A DNA stretch of 64,000 nt from a virus. Taxonomy: Duplodnaviria; Caudoviricetes. Where the stretch lies: the IMG/VR virus record IMGVR_UViG_3300036796_000048, positions 7,335 to 71,334 of that record. One strand, given 5' to 3'. This document shows positions 1 to 9,429 of the stretch, one piece after another. Position 1 is the stretch's first letter, and each line of letters opens with the position of its first letter. The position numbers and the translations under genes were made by a program. A model generated the notes under the pieces. That model was not told where the DNA came from and did no database searches. It saw nothing but the letters and a program-made list of their open reading frames with translations.

Positions 1-8
1 TTAACGCT

Positions 9-461
9 TTGCCAGTTAACGTCCTGTACACTGCTCTACAGCAGGATGAAGAAGATGAAGAGGGCGAGAAAGTGGTTTTGCCTATGCTCCAAGGTAAAGG
101 CACCCAGTACGCTAAGAAAGTGGCTAGCTGGATGACCAGTTTCGGCAACATGCGTGTTCGCCGACGCACTGAGGAAGATGCTCAAGGTGAGCGTAAAGTG
201 GTTGAGTACCGCCAGATCCAATGGGCTGGTAGCAAGAGTGTTATGGCTAAGGACAGGACGCGTTGTCTTGAGCCTAAGACCGTGAATCTGTCTCTCAAGG
301 AAGTTCGTGAGATTCTTGAGAATGGCCCAAAGCCTACGCCGCAACCAGGCCGAGTTGTGCCTGAGAAGAAGGCAAATACGGTAGTGCGTAGGAAAGCGGC
401 AGAGTCAGAAGATGAAGAAAGTAATGTGGTTAATTTGGCCAGTGTAGGGAGTGACGAATGA
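9..461 (+). CDS. C-terminal part of a probable AAA/Sak4-like ATPase (5'-truncated by window edge)
   Basis: Frame is open to the window edge. It lies directly upstream of (ATGA overlap) an SSB-like gene, the usual ATPase+SSB recombination pair. No Walker A within the window. Confidence 0.4.
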   Translation: MPVNVLYTALQQDEEDEEGEKVVLPMLQGKGTQYAKKVASWMTSFGNMRVRRRTEEDAQGERKVVEYRQIQWAGSKSVMAKDRTRCLEPKTVNLSLKEVREILENGPKPTPQPGRVVPEKKANTVVRRKAAESEDEESNVVNLASVGSDE

Positions 462-1156
462 AGGTAAAGTGGGACGTAGACGGCAAAGGTGTTGCGCCTC
501 AACAGGGAATGGGGTATAGCGGCCCAGATTTGCCGAAGGGTAGTTATGTTGCTAAGATCAAGCGCATGACTATCGGCAAGATCAGTAAGGAAGGTGAAAA
601 CCACAATAAGCCACGCATTTCTGTTTTGTTGGAAGTTGTCGGGCCTGAGGATGCGTCTGAGTATATCGGTCACCCGATTTGGGATGGATTGAATATCATC
701 GAGTCTGGACGCGGTTATGTCAATGCGTTTCTTCACGCGTTGACCGATGGCAGCAAATCGGCTAAGGATGCTGTGGAGAAAGCATTTTGGCCGCCGAACG
801 GCCCGAATGCGAAGCGTGAAGCCAACAAGGACGGAAGCAAATCCGACTTACACGTCAAGAAGATTGGTCGTTATGTTATCGCTTCGCCGAATGGCGAGCA
901 TTTGGTTCAGATTGTAGCCAAGCCGGACAGTTACCAGGGTAAGTTCCGTGCTGTCGTTGATCAGTATATTCCGTATGCTGGTAAGCAAACCAACAAGGTC
1001 GCGGACGATGACGACTTGGATGACGACGATGACGATTTGATCGTTGACGCCGACGAACTTGACGGCCCGAATGGCAGAATGGTCGATGATCTGGAAGATG
1101 ACGACGACCCAGACATGCCCGACGACGATGATGACGACGACGAACCACCATTCTGA
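458..1156 (+). CDS. Single-stranded DNA-binding protein (DUF669-like)
   Basis: N-terminal LPKGSYVAKIK...ISVLLEVV pattern and a very acidic tail ending DDDDEPPF, like the SSB C-terminal tip. Confidence 0.6.
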   Translation: MKVKWDVDGKGVAPQQGMGYSGPDLPKGSYVAKIKRMTIGKISKEGENHNKPRISVLLEVVGPEDASEYIGHPIWDGLNIIESGRGYVNAFLHALTDGSKSAKDAVEKAFWPPNGPNAKREANKDGSKSDLHVKKIGRYVIASPNGEHLVQIVAKPDSYQGKFRAVVDQYIPYAGKQTNKVADDDDLDDDDDDLIVDADELDGPNGRMVDDLEDDDDPDMPDDDDDDDEPPF

Positions 1157-1312
1157 TTAGACCCTGCAGGGACACGCTGGAGCGGCAGCGTCAAGCGCGG
1201 AATGTGATAGGGATGCAACCTATACGCGTGACAAAGCAATATCGGTGTTTACTCGCAGTTAATTCACGGCGACGGTATCTGGCCCGCTACACCCCAAACT
1301 TAGGAGAAATTC

Positions 1313-1504
1313 ATGCTTTACAGAATTAGATGGCGACAAGAGGGTGAAACTATAATTTTTGGTAAGTCCGAAGATGACGTCAAAGACAAGCTCAGCGAGT
1401 CTCTAAAGAGTACTGAGATTCCGCACTTCTTTGATCAGCAGACTGAGTGGGACGACCCAGAATTGCTATCGTGTGAGGTTGTAGATCGGGGGCCAAAGTC
1501 ATGA
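1313..1504 (+). CDS. Hypothetical protein
   Basis: AGGAGA RBS at ~1302; ATGA overlap with next gene. Confidence 0.65.
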   Translation: MLYRIRWRQEGETIIFGKSEDDVKDKLSESLKSTEIPHFFDQQTEWDDPELLSCEVVDRGPKS

Positions 1505-2316
1505 CTAAAAGCGTTGCTATTCTAGGTTGCGGCCCGGCGGGTTTATTGGTAGCGCATGCTGCTGAAATATCTGGTTGGAATTTTCGCATATATAGCAAGA
1601 AGCAGAAGAGCAAGCTATATGGTGCACAATATCTACACCAAGCTATACCACAATTAGACTGTGGGCCACCTACGCTTGTAAGATATGCGTTACGCGGGAC
1701 GCCCGAAGAATACCGGCGCAAAGTGTACGGAGCCGAATGGGACGGTACAGTGAGCCCAGAAGACTTCCTTGAGGAACACTACGTGTGGGACATCCGCTAC
1801 ACATACGATGGCATCTGGGATAGATACCAAGATGAAATTGAGTCTTGGGACTTTATAGGCAAAGAACAATACAATAACTATTATTTAACATACAAGCATG
1901 ATCTTGTAATCAGCACAGTACCGCGTAAGATTTGGGCAGAGCCTGGCGATGTATTTGAAAGTACAAAAGTGTGGGCGCTAGGTGATACTGAAGATGAACG
2001 CGTGCGTATGTTTAGGCCACCAGAGGATATGGTGTTTTGCGATGGCACAGACGAACATACATGGTATCGCGTAAGCAACATATTTGGTTATTGTACTATG
2101 GAGTGGCCATACGATCCTTTACATAAAATTAACAGCAGACTTACGTTGAAGCCGCCAATGCGTGGTACTAGCGTAGTGGAGAAGCCATTGCGACATAATA
2201 GCAAAGCCGCAGCTGACTTTGTACATGTTGGCCGCTATGGTGCTTGGCAAAAAGGCATACTGACAACTGATGCATTCTTTGAGTCAATGAAAGTGTTGGC
2301 GAGCGATCATGTATGA
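1501..2316 (+). CDS. FAD/NAD(P)-dependent oxidoreductase
   Basis: N-terminal Rossmann motif VAILGCGPAGLLVA; C-terminal VGRYGAW FAD-binding motif. Confidence 0.75.
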   Translation: MTKSVAILGCGPAGLLVAHAAEISGWNFRIYSKKQKSKLYGAQYLHQAIPQLDCGPPTLVRYALRGTPEEYRRKVYGAEWDGTVSPEDFLEEHYVWDIRYTYDGIWDRYQDEIESWDFIGKEQYNNYYLTYKHDLVISTVPRKIWAEPGDVFESTKVWALGDTEDERVRMFRPPEDMVFCDGTDEHTWYRVSNIFGYCTMEWPYDPLHKINSRLTLKPPMRGTSVVEKPLRHNSKAAADFVHVGRYGAWQKGILTTDAFFESMKVLASDHV

Positions 2317-2839
2317 TGCTATATTATTATTTGGCCCTGGACATGGCGAGAAGATGCAAACTAGTGGTACAGATTTGTTGATGTACCAAGAGCAGAATAG
2401 TGTTGTTTTTAACCCTGCGCCGACAGATCCACGTGATTTATTAAATGATATGTTCAAAAGCAGACACACTTACCGACTAACGGAAGTGATGAATAACGAT
2501 CTTGGCGAGGAATGCTATGTGTATATGCATGACTCAAACTGTTGCGAAGATATGTACAAAGACAATATGGACAATTTACGTGAAACGCTTGAGCCAACTA
2601 TTGCTGAATTTTACCAAGATAATCCACAAGACTTTTACAAAGCATATGAAGCAGGACGTGCCAGATTCAAGATGCTAGCACAAGAAAATAGGCCCCGACC
2701 AACTGTCGATGAATTTTATGCTGCATATCCAGACTTTTTTAACAAGCTAGCAGAACAAAAAATACATAGCCCAACCATAGCTGAGTTTTACCAAGATAAT
2801 CCACACCTACGCCCGGCGTGGTTAAACTATGAAACATAA
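2309..2839 (+). CDS. Hypothetical protein with three internal PT(I/V)xEFY repeats
   Basis: 171+ codon ORF coupled to both neighbours; repeats PTIAEFYQDNP x2 and PTVDEFYAAYP. Confidence 0.6.
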   Translation: MYDAILLFGPGHGEKMQTSGTDLLMYQEQNSVVFNPAPTDPRDLLNDMFKSRHTYRLTEVMNNDLGEECYVYMHDSNCCEDMYKDNMDNLRETLEPTIAEFYQDNPQDFYKAYEAGRARFKMLAQENRPRPTVDEFYAAYPDFFNKLAEQKIHSPTIAEFYQDNPHLRPAWLNYET

Positions 2840-3458
2840 TGGCAATGGCCCAGTTGTGGCCATAGACATTGATGGCACTTTAGGAGATTACCATGGGCAT
2901 TTCTTGCGATTCGCAGAAGCTTGGTATGGACGGCCAATGCCCAATGCCAAAGACATCAATCCGGGACTTCCGTTGCACAAGTTCATGCGCACTAGCAAAG
3001 CAACCTACCGCGATTGTAAACTTGCTTATCGCCAGGGCGGACAAAAGCGATCCATGCCAGCATACCCAGGAGCTAGTGAACTTTGTAGATCAATTAGAAA
3101 AACTGGCGCAGAGTTGTGGATTTGTACTACGCGCCCATACTTGCGGCTTGACAACATCGACCCAGATACTCGTCATTGGCTCAGACGTAATCGAATTCAG
3201 TATGACGCCGTAATATATGGTGAACATAAATATCGCGATCTTGTAAAGTATGTAGGCAAAGACCGTATTGTATGTATATTTGACGACTTGCCTGAGATGA
3301 TACAACAAGCCGATCATCTTGGGATTATAAGTCTGTTGCGAGACCAACCATATAACAAACATATACGTAAAATGCATTGTTTTCATACATTGGATGATGC
3401 CCAATCGAATATATTATGGCGAATTGAAAGGTGGAGGGAACAAAATGGGATGCGATGA
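2829..3458 (+). CDS. HAD-family phosphatase / 5'(3')-deoxyribonucleotidase-like
   Basis: Motif I VAIDIDGTL, motif II ICTTR, motif IV IFDD. Confidence 0.8.
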   Translation: MKHNGNGPVVAIDIDGTLGDYHGHFLRFAEAWYGRPMPNAKDINPGLPLHKFMRTSKATYRDCKLAYRQGGQKRSMPAYPGASELCRSIRKTGAELWICTTRPYLRLDNIDPDTRHWLRRNRIQYDAVIYGEHKYRDLVKYVGKDRIVCIFDDLPEMIQQADHLGIISLLRDQPYNKHIRKMHCFHTLDDAQSNILWRIERWREQNGMR

Positions 3459-3963
3459 TTATGGCGACACTACTGCCGGCACAGGAGCGCCTTGGTATGC
3501 GCAGTCGCAAACAACCAATATGGGTGGGCCAGAATTAGTTGGGGGACCGCTTAAAGATGAAGAAGACCACAACTTGGCCAAAATGATACGCGCAACAGCA
3601 TTAGCACATACAGAGTTACCTACTTTGTTTGTTATCAATGAGAGGGATAACAAAATTATTTACGAGTTTATAAATATACCGCACGAAGAAGCATACAAAA
3701 TAATTGTACTAGCACTACCTAAAGTGTTGAATCTGTGGCTTGAGAAAACCGCCGACTATGGCGACGACCACGCATTAGATCTGGGGCCCAAAGGCGAGTT
3801 TGTACGCATCTGGAACAAAGTACATAAGCTAAAGCGTGCTTTGTGGGATGGTAGACATATGGCCGGCGAGCAGACAGATGAGATACTATCTGACTTAATT
3901 GGCCATAGCTTACGCATATTGGGTCGCATTTGGGGTAGCCCTAAAGGGACTGAAGGCGTATAA
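3445..3963 (+). CDS. Nucleotide-modification-associated domain 1 (Nmad1/DUF1599)-like helical protein
   Basis: EKTADYG...RIWNKVHKLK...EILSDLIGHS matches the K-x-x-DYG / R-x-x-x-K / DLxG pattern of this family. GGAGGG RBS supports the ATG at 3445. Confidence 0.55.
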   Translation: MGCDDYGDTTAGTGAPWYAQSQTTNMGGPELVGGPLKDEEDHNLAKMIRATALAHTELPTLFVINERDNKIIYEFINIPHEEAYKIIVLALPKVLNLWLEKTADYGDDHALDLGPKGEFVRIWNKVHKLKRALWDGRHMAGEQTDEILSDLIGHSLRILGRIWGSPKGTEGV

Positions 3964-3969
3964 TTAGGT

Positions 3970-4890
3970 ATGCGTTACGTTTCACTTCACCATCATAGCA
4001 CCTTCAGTTATGGAGATGGATTCGGGTTGCCGCGTGAACATGTAGAGTATTGCGCCAATCTAGGTATGAAAGCGATGGCGTTAACTGAACATGGCAATAC
4101 AAGCTCGCACCCGAGTTTGGAGAAGGCTTGTGAAGAATTTAAAATCAAAGGCATATATGGCGTGGAAGGTTATATTGCTGGGCCCAAAGAGCGTCGAAAG
4201 TGCCATCAGACTATTCTGGCTATGGACCACTCAGGTTATGCTAACCTTAATCGAATGGTGTCGCAAAGCTGGCGGGATTTTTACAGATGGCCTACGATAC
4301 ATTTGGAAACGTTGGAGAAGTACAGCGCTGGCCTCATTGTACTTTCCGGATGCGCAGACAGCACTCTCGCGTGTACGCTCTTGGGCGGAAAGTCATTTGG
4401 TGACAAAAGACTTACCTATACCCCTGAACACTACCAAAGTGCCATTAGGCTTGTGGAGTGGTACAAGAAGATATTTGGTGACAGATACTACATTGAAACT
4501 CAAAGGTTTCCTGGACTTGAGCGTACTTGCGCGCTCAACGCGGCATATGAACGAATATCCCACGATACCGGAGTTGCTCTTGCTGCGACGAGCGATTGCC
4601 ATTATGTGTTTGCTAGAGACAATGAAATGCAAAAGATATTGCATGCAGCTCATCGTTCTGCTAGTGTGTCCCAGGTTGAGGCGAGTTGGGAATACGATGT
4701 TACCCTTAATATACCAGAATCTGATACCAGAGTCTGGGATGACTTACGTGCCACTGGATTAACAGAACAAGGCGCAGAAGATGCGTTATTTAATACCAGC
4801 ATCATAGCCGATCGCTGTAATGTGATGTTGCCTAAAGTTGAGCCAATTCGCTACAAGATAGATGAAAGTGACTATGCACCATGGGTGTAG
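3970..4890 (+). CDS. dnaE: DNA polymerase III alpha, N-terminal PHP domain (split gene, part 1)
   Basis: SLHHHSTFSYGDG, LTEHG, GVEGY, LSGC and ATSDCHY PHP metal-ligand motifs are intact. Confidence 0.92.
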   Translation: MRYVSLHHHSTFSYGDGFGLPREHVEYCANLGMKAMALTEHGNTSSHPSLEKACEEFKIKGIYGVEGYIAGPKERRKCHQTILAMDHSGYANLNRMVSQSWRDFYRWPTIHLETLEKYSAGLIVLSGCADSTLACTLLGGKSFGDKRLTYTPEHYQSAIRLVEWYKKIFGDRYYIETQRFPGLERTCALNAAYERISHDTGVALAATSDCHYVFARDNEMQKILHAAHRSASVSQVEASWEYDVTLNIPESDTRVWDDLRATGLTEQGAEDALFNTSIIADRCNVMLPKVEPIRYKIDESDYAPWV

Positions 4891-5051
4891 ACTTCAGAAC
4901 TACCTGTATTTGTCCCGATCCATGGTGTCCGCTACATGCTAAATGTCAATGTGGCAGTGATATGATAATTGATGGACCCGATGAACCTGCGTTCTGTCCA
5001 AGCTGTATGATGGATCGTATGCCAGTCGGTGGTTGCAAAACCAATGTCTGA
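4881..5051 (+). CDS. 56-aa Cys-rich protein between the two dnaE halves
   Basis: Manual translation MGVDFRTTCICPDPWCPLHAKCQCGSDMIIDGPDEPAFCPSCMMDRMPVGGCKTNV. Overlaps both dnaE parts. Below the ORF-track cutoff. Confidence 0.55.
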   Translation: MGVDFRTTCICPDPWCPLHAKCQCGSDMIIDGPDEPAFCPSCMMDRMPVGGCKTNV

Positions 5052-7368
5052 TGACATCGTAACTAGAGTTGCGAAATTAACTGGAGCCTATACGACCGGA
5101 TCAGAGCAGGTCAAACTGGCTCAAGCGAGCCCAGAGGCTATAGAACTACTGCGTAGATGGCTGAACTATGGCTGGGAGTTCCGCGTAAAGCGTACTCGCA
5201 ACACCAACTTGAAGAAAAACCGCCAGGAATATGTGAAGAGGGTTGAAAATGAACTTGGGCTCATTATTGGAAAAGGGTTCGTTGATTATTTTCTCGTCAC
5301 ATCCGATATCGTCAGGTGGGCTAAAGACAACAAGATTCCTGTTGGCCCGGCACGTGGATCTGCTGCCGCTTCCGTCGTGTGCTACCTATTGCGAATCACA
5401 GAGGTTGATCCTGTACAACACCCCAACATGCTATTTGAGCGTTTCATCGACCCAACACGGGAAGAATTGCCCGACATTGATCTCGACTTTGATGATGAAA
5501 GGCGTCACGAAGTATTCCAGTACGCTGCTGAAAAGTATGGGGCCGAGTGTGTCGGTCACATCGGAAACTTTACCAGGTATCGTGGTAAAAATAGCTTGGA
5601 TGATGTGGCGCGAGTTTACCAAATCCCTAAGTGGGAAGTCGAAACTGTCAAAGGTCTAATCATTGAAAGGAGTGGTGGTGACTCACGACTATCAGACTCG
5701 CTCGAAGACACTTTTGCTACCTTTGCTAAAGCACAAGATGTCTTGGACCGTCATCCGAACCTCGCCAACGCTATCCGGTTGGAGGGCAATTACCGTGGAA
5801 TGGGGGTTCATGCGGCAGGACTCGTTATTTCCAACGCTCCGATTAACAATTTTTGTGCAACGTACACACGAGAGGTTGCGGGTCAATCTACGAGTGTTGT
5901 TGCCTATGACAAAAAAGATGCCGCCTACTTAGGATTCTTAAAGCAAGATATTCTGGGTCTTGCTACCATGGGCATGATTGGCCACGCGCTACGCATAATC
6001 GACATGGACTTGGAGGACTTATATCGTGTCCCAATTACAGACGCAGCAACGTTGCGTGCATTTCGACAAAACGATGTTATCGGAATATTCCAATTTGAAG
6101 GACGTGCAACCAGGCTGGTATGTCGTGACGTTGAGCCTGATCACTTCCAACATCTCGCCGACATCAATGCCCTTAGTAGACCTGGACCACTATTCAGCGG
6201 AATGGCTGCTGCGTATGTTGATGTCAAACACGGTCGCAAAAGGATTGAACATTACCACCCGATCGTGGATCAATACGCTTCTTGGACGTATGGGCAGATT
6301 GTTTACCAGGAGCAGGTTCTAAGGATTATCCGCGACCTTGGCGGGTTTCCCATGACCAAGATTCACGCGATTCGCCAGATCATTTCTCAAAAGTTGGGCG
6401 AAGCTCAGTTTGATGAGATGTACAAAGAGTTTGAGGAAAATGCATGTGGTCAACACGGTTGTACACCGGCACAGGCTCGCCGGATTTGGAGGTTCATGGC
6501 TACATCGGCTACATACAGTTTCAACATAGCCCATTGTATCTCTTACAGTTTGCTCGCTTTCTGGCAAATGTGGTTGAAAGTACACCACCCAGCTGCATTT
6601 TACGCAGCCCAACTTCGCAAAACCCCTGATGATGTTAGACGCAATCGACTTCTCAAGGATGCTGGCAGACACGGAATTGAAGTGGTATCACCTGACATCA
6701 TCGAAAGTGACATCACTTGGACTAAATCCGACGACCGTACTGTGTGTGCTGGTTTTCTTCAAATCCCAGGTATCGGGCCGAAAACTGCCAAAGCTATTGT
6801 GGATTACCTGGACAAAACCGTATGGGAGACCAGTCCTGATTGGGATGACCTCATTAATGTGCCGCGAATAGGCGAAGCAACACTAAACAAAATTAAATCG
6901 TTTGCGCTGGATCCAGACCCGTTCAATTTGAATTACATACGCAGTGTAATGACAGACTTGCGAAAAGAATTAAGCCCTGGCAATAAGCATTATCTGCCCA
7001 CGCCAACACATACATCAGATACACTACCAAGAGATGGGCAACATGAAGTCGTATGGTGCGGTATCCCGATGGTTCGTGAATACAAGGATCTGATTGAAGA
7101 TGAGCGAGCCAGAAGCGGTAGAGAAGTCGCAGAAATCCTTGAGAGCACGCGTGATCCTCATTTGCTTAAGTCTTGTGTGCTTAAATGTATTGACGACGGT
7201 GATGACGAGGTATATGTCAGATTCAATCGTTGGTGTTTCCCAGATTTTGCAGACCGTATTGAGTCACTACGTCTTGGTGGGGCTGATGCGATTATCATTA
7301 AAGGAATCAAGAGAGAAGGGTTTGGAGTGAGCATTCAAGTTCGAGATCTGTGGGCAGTTGAATTATGA
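5044..7368 (+). CDS. dnaE: DNA polymerase III alpha, catalytic part (split gene, part 2)
   Basis: GPARGSAAAS, ELPDIDLDF, GVHAAG, KQDILGL, IVYQEQV, YSFNIAH, HhH (IPGIGPKTA) and a C-terminal OB-like segment. Confidence 0.96.
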   Translation: MSDDIVTRVAKLTGAYTTGSEQVKLAQASPEAIELLRRWLNYGWEFRVKRTRNTNLKKNRQEYVKRVENELGLIIGKGFVDYFLVTSDIVRWAKDNKIPVGPARGSAAASVVCYLLRITEVDPVQHPNMLFERFIDPTREELPDIDLDFDDERRHEVFQYAAEKYGAECVGHIGNFTRYRGKNSLDDVARVYQIPKWEVETVKGLIIERSGGDSRLSDSLEDTFATFAKAQDVLDRHPNLANAIRLEGNYRGMGVHAAGLVISNAPINNFCATYTREVAGQSTSVVAYDKKDAAYLGFLKQDILGLATMGMIGHALRIIDMDLEDLYRVPITDAATLRAFRQNDVIGIFQFEGRATRLVCRDVEPDHFQHLADINALSRPGPLFSGMAAAYVDVKHGRKRIEHYHPIVDQYASWTYGQIVYQEQVLRIIRDLGGFPMTKIHAIRQIISQKLGEAQFDEMYKEFEENACGQHGCTPAQARRIWRFMATSATYSFNIAHCISYSLLAFWQMWLKVHHPAAFYAAQLRKTPDDVRRNRLLKDAGRHGIEVVSPDIIESDITWTKSDDRTVCAGFLQIPGIGPKTAKAIVDYLDKTVWETSPDWDDLINVPRIGEATLNKIKSFALDPDPFNLNYIRSVMTDLRKELSPGNKHYLPTPTHTSDTLPRDGQHEVVWCGIPMVREYKDLIEDERARSGREVAEILESTRDPHLLKSCVLKCIDDGDDEVYVRFNRWCFPDFADRIESLRLGGADAIIIKGIKREGFGVSIQVRDLWAVEL

Positions 7369-7631
7369 CTGAAGCCGTCAATAGGGATATAAGTGGTGAA
7401 CGCGCACCATCTCCTGAAGATAGACAAAAAGCGCAAGCATTGATGCAAATGCTAGCACAGGCCGGTGCTGCAAGTAGGCAAGAGTATAAACCCATATTGA
7501 AATTGCTAGATGAAATCGGTTGTAAGTATACCACCAAAGATGGTTGGCTACGCATTAACATCAGAGAGCTGATTGAAGCAGAGTGGCAACACATGGGTAA
7601 ATATCAACTAAAACAACCAGAGGATAAGTAA
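7365..7631 (+). CDS. Hypothetical protein
   Basis: ATGA and TAATG coupling with dnaE and thyX. Confidence 0.6.
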   Translation: MTEAVNRDISGERAPSPEDRQKAQALMQMLAQAGAASRQEYKPILKLLDEIGCKYTTKDGWLRINIRELIEAEWQHMGKYQLKQPEDK

Positions 7632-8500
7632 TGGACGACAAGTACGCATTTAGCAGGACGAAAGACTGTCATGACAATAACATTCTTCTTCGTGATGCTG
7701 CTTTCAATAAACACACCACCAATGACGGCCATCATGTTAGCCCTTACGACCAAGCTCATATCGATGTTGGTTTTGATGATATTACCGTTAAATTGGTCCA
7801 AGGCATCGATGAAGAATCATTCAAGAGAACGCTATCAAAAGCACAACGCGCAACAATTGGAATACCTGCCGACGACGATGGAGACATCGGTGACTGGGAA
7901 GAGATGATGAAGGGTGGCTTACAAACTGCGCTCGAAAGTCAAACTATTATATTTGAAGTCATTGGTTTATCTCGTGCGACGACACATCAACTCGTTAGGT
8001 CCAGACGTGCGGCTTTCCATCAGCAGTCGATGCGAGCAAGTTACATGGGGGATAGGCCCAATTACCGCCTCCCAGAGTCCGTTTTTCGCTCCATTCGGGC
8101 CAGGGAGGCTTTCAGTAAAGCTATAGAAGCTGCTCATGATGCTTACAGAATCGCTTGTGAAGAAGAAGTGAGCTACCAAGATGCCAGATATATCTTACCA
8201 ATTGGTACGGAAACATATATCATGTGCGAATATCCAGTTAGGGAGTTTCTTGCAGTTTATGCCTATAGAGCATGTTCCATGTTCCAATGGGAAATCTGCC
8301 ATATTATACGTGAAATGGGACGAGTGCTCACAGAAGCACACCCTTGGATAAAGCCGTATGTGAAGATCAGCTGTGAGTCTATGAAAAAGTGTACATTTCA
8401 AGGATGGGAAGACGTCGAGCAGGGTTGCGACTTCCCATGGGCGAATTGGGAGGATCGCATTTACAAACCTGAAGCGCATAGAATTAGGACAAACAAATGA
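7631..8500 (+). CDS. thyX: ThyX-family flavin-dependent thymidylate synthase (divergent)
   Basis: SRATTHQLVRSR-X7-SMR (RHR-X7-SXR variant), YQDARYILP and QWEI motifs. Confidence 0.85.
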   Translation: MDDKYAFSRTKDCHDNNILLRDAAFNKHTTNDGHHVSPYDQAHIDVGFDDITVKLVQGIDEESFKRTLSKAQRATIGIPADDDGDIGDWEEMMKGGLQTALESQTIIFEVIGLSRATTHQLVRSRRAAFHQQSMRASYMGDRPNYRLPESVFRSIRAREAFSKAIEAAHDAYRIACEEEVSYQDARYILPIGTETYIMCEYPVREFLAVYAYRACSMFQWEICHIIREMGRVLTEAHPWIKPYVKISCESMKKCTFQGWEDVEQGCDFPWANWEDRIYKPEAHRIRTNK

Positions 8501-8658
8501 CACCTGAGCAACGATTGCTTATGGCAATACTTAAGGATGGTTGTATTCGGTGTGAACAATTTTTTAAATGTGGCGATGATACTACAGAAGTGACTGGTTT
8601 GTTGCTACACACAGCATGCTTAACTGAAGATGACAAATTAGCATTAACATATCAATAA
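8497..8658 (+). CDS. Small hypothetical protein (CxxC)
   Basis: Manual translation MTPEQRLLMAILKDGCIRCEQFF...; ATGA overlap with thyX. Confidence 0.5.
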   Translation: MTPEQRLLMAILKDGCIRCEQFFKCGDDTTEVTGLLLHTACLTEDDKLALTYQ

Positions 8659-8727
8659 AGCCTTGGCCGGCTGTCCTTACCATTAAAATTGACACCAGTG
8701 AGTGCAGTATGGTAGGGAAAGTGGCAC

Positions 8728-9429
8728 GTGACAACTACAGCTATTCGTATGCGTGGCATTACGACAGTTGACATAACTAAGGCAACTAAGCGGAGGCGCA
8801 GATACATTTTAGATGAGGAAATAACTTATGACAACGCAACTGTTATCGCCATCGATCCTGGCGGCACTACAGGATGGGCGCTCATATCAGTCCCACCTGA
8901 ATCATTATGCGAGCCCGACGTGCCCATTCTGTCAAATATTTGGCAGCACCAGCACGGACAGGTGGATTGCGGTAGCCACAGAGGAAATTTGGATACCACA
9001 TTGCACCCAGGAATTAGCACAGACGGAGAGTTTTCAGGCGTTTATGACCTTGTTAAGTTCATTAAGAGCTGGCCGTGTGCGTCCGTGGTTATTGAGGATT
9101 TTCAACTCAGGGTCCACCGAATGGATCGTGAGTTGCTTAGCCCTGTTCGCATCACCGCCGCCATCGGTTATAATCTCTGGGAATCAGGACGAGACTATCA
9201 CGTTCAAACGCCGACAGACGCTAAAAGAGTTTGCACTGACGATAGACTTAAAGAGTGGAAAATGTACGACCCAGTCGGCGGTTTAGTACACGCTAGAGAT
9301 GCCGACCGTCATGCGTTACTCTTCCTGCGTAAAGCTAAGGCAAAGCCTCAGTTTCGTGCTCAGGCGTGGCCGCACCTATTCGGTCCGCGTGGCGCTTATC
9401 GAGTACGGAACGGCCATGCCAAAGTGTGA
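8728..9429 (+). CDS. ruvC: RuvC-like Holliday junction resolvase
   Basis: VIAIDPGGTTGWA, VVIEDF and HARDA RNase H-fold catalytic motifs. Confidence 0.78.
   Translation: MTTTAIRMRGITTVDITKATKRRRRYILDEEITYDNATVIAIDPGGTTGWALISVPPESLCEPDVPILSNIWQHQHGQVDCGSHRGNLDTTLHPGISTDGEFSGVYDLVKFIKSWPCASVVIEDFQLRVHRMDRELLSPVRITAAIGYNLWESGRDYHVQTPTDAKRVCTDDRLKEWKMYDPVGGLVHARDADRHALLFLRKAKAKPQFRAQAWPHLFGPRGAYRVRNGHAKV

Noticed and set aside
1010-1142. GACGAT/GATGAC tandem repeats as a microsatellite or contingency locus
   Set aside because: They simply encode the poly-Asp acidic tail of the SSB.
1157-1312. ncRNA or tRNA in the spacer after SSB
   Set aside because: Only short palindromes (CCCTGCAGGG); no cloverleaf or extended stem could be supported by eye.
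4091-4762. 223-aa alternative-frame ORF inside the PHP gene
   Set aside because: Entirely overlaps a gene with clear motifs, and has no recognisable domain.
4860-5060. Split intein or group I intron explaining the dnaE break
   Set aside because: No Cys/Ser-initiated intein N-block or His-Asn end; the ~150-nt gap is too short for a typical group I intron and is filled by a coupled ORF.
8689-8713. SigA promoter TTGACA...TATGGT
   Set aside because: Spacer is only 13 bp, so it is not supportable as a canonical promoter.
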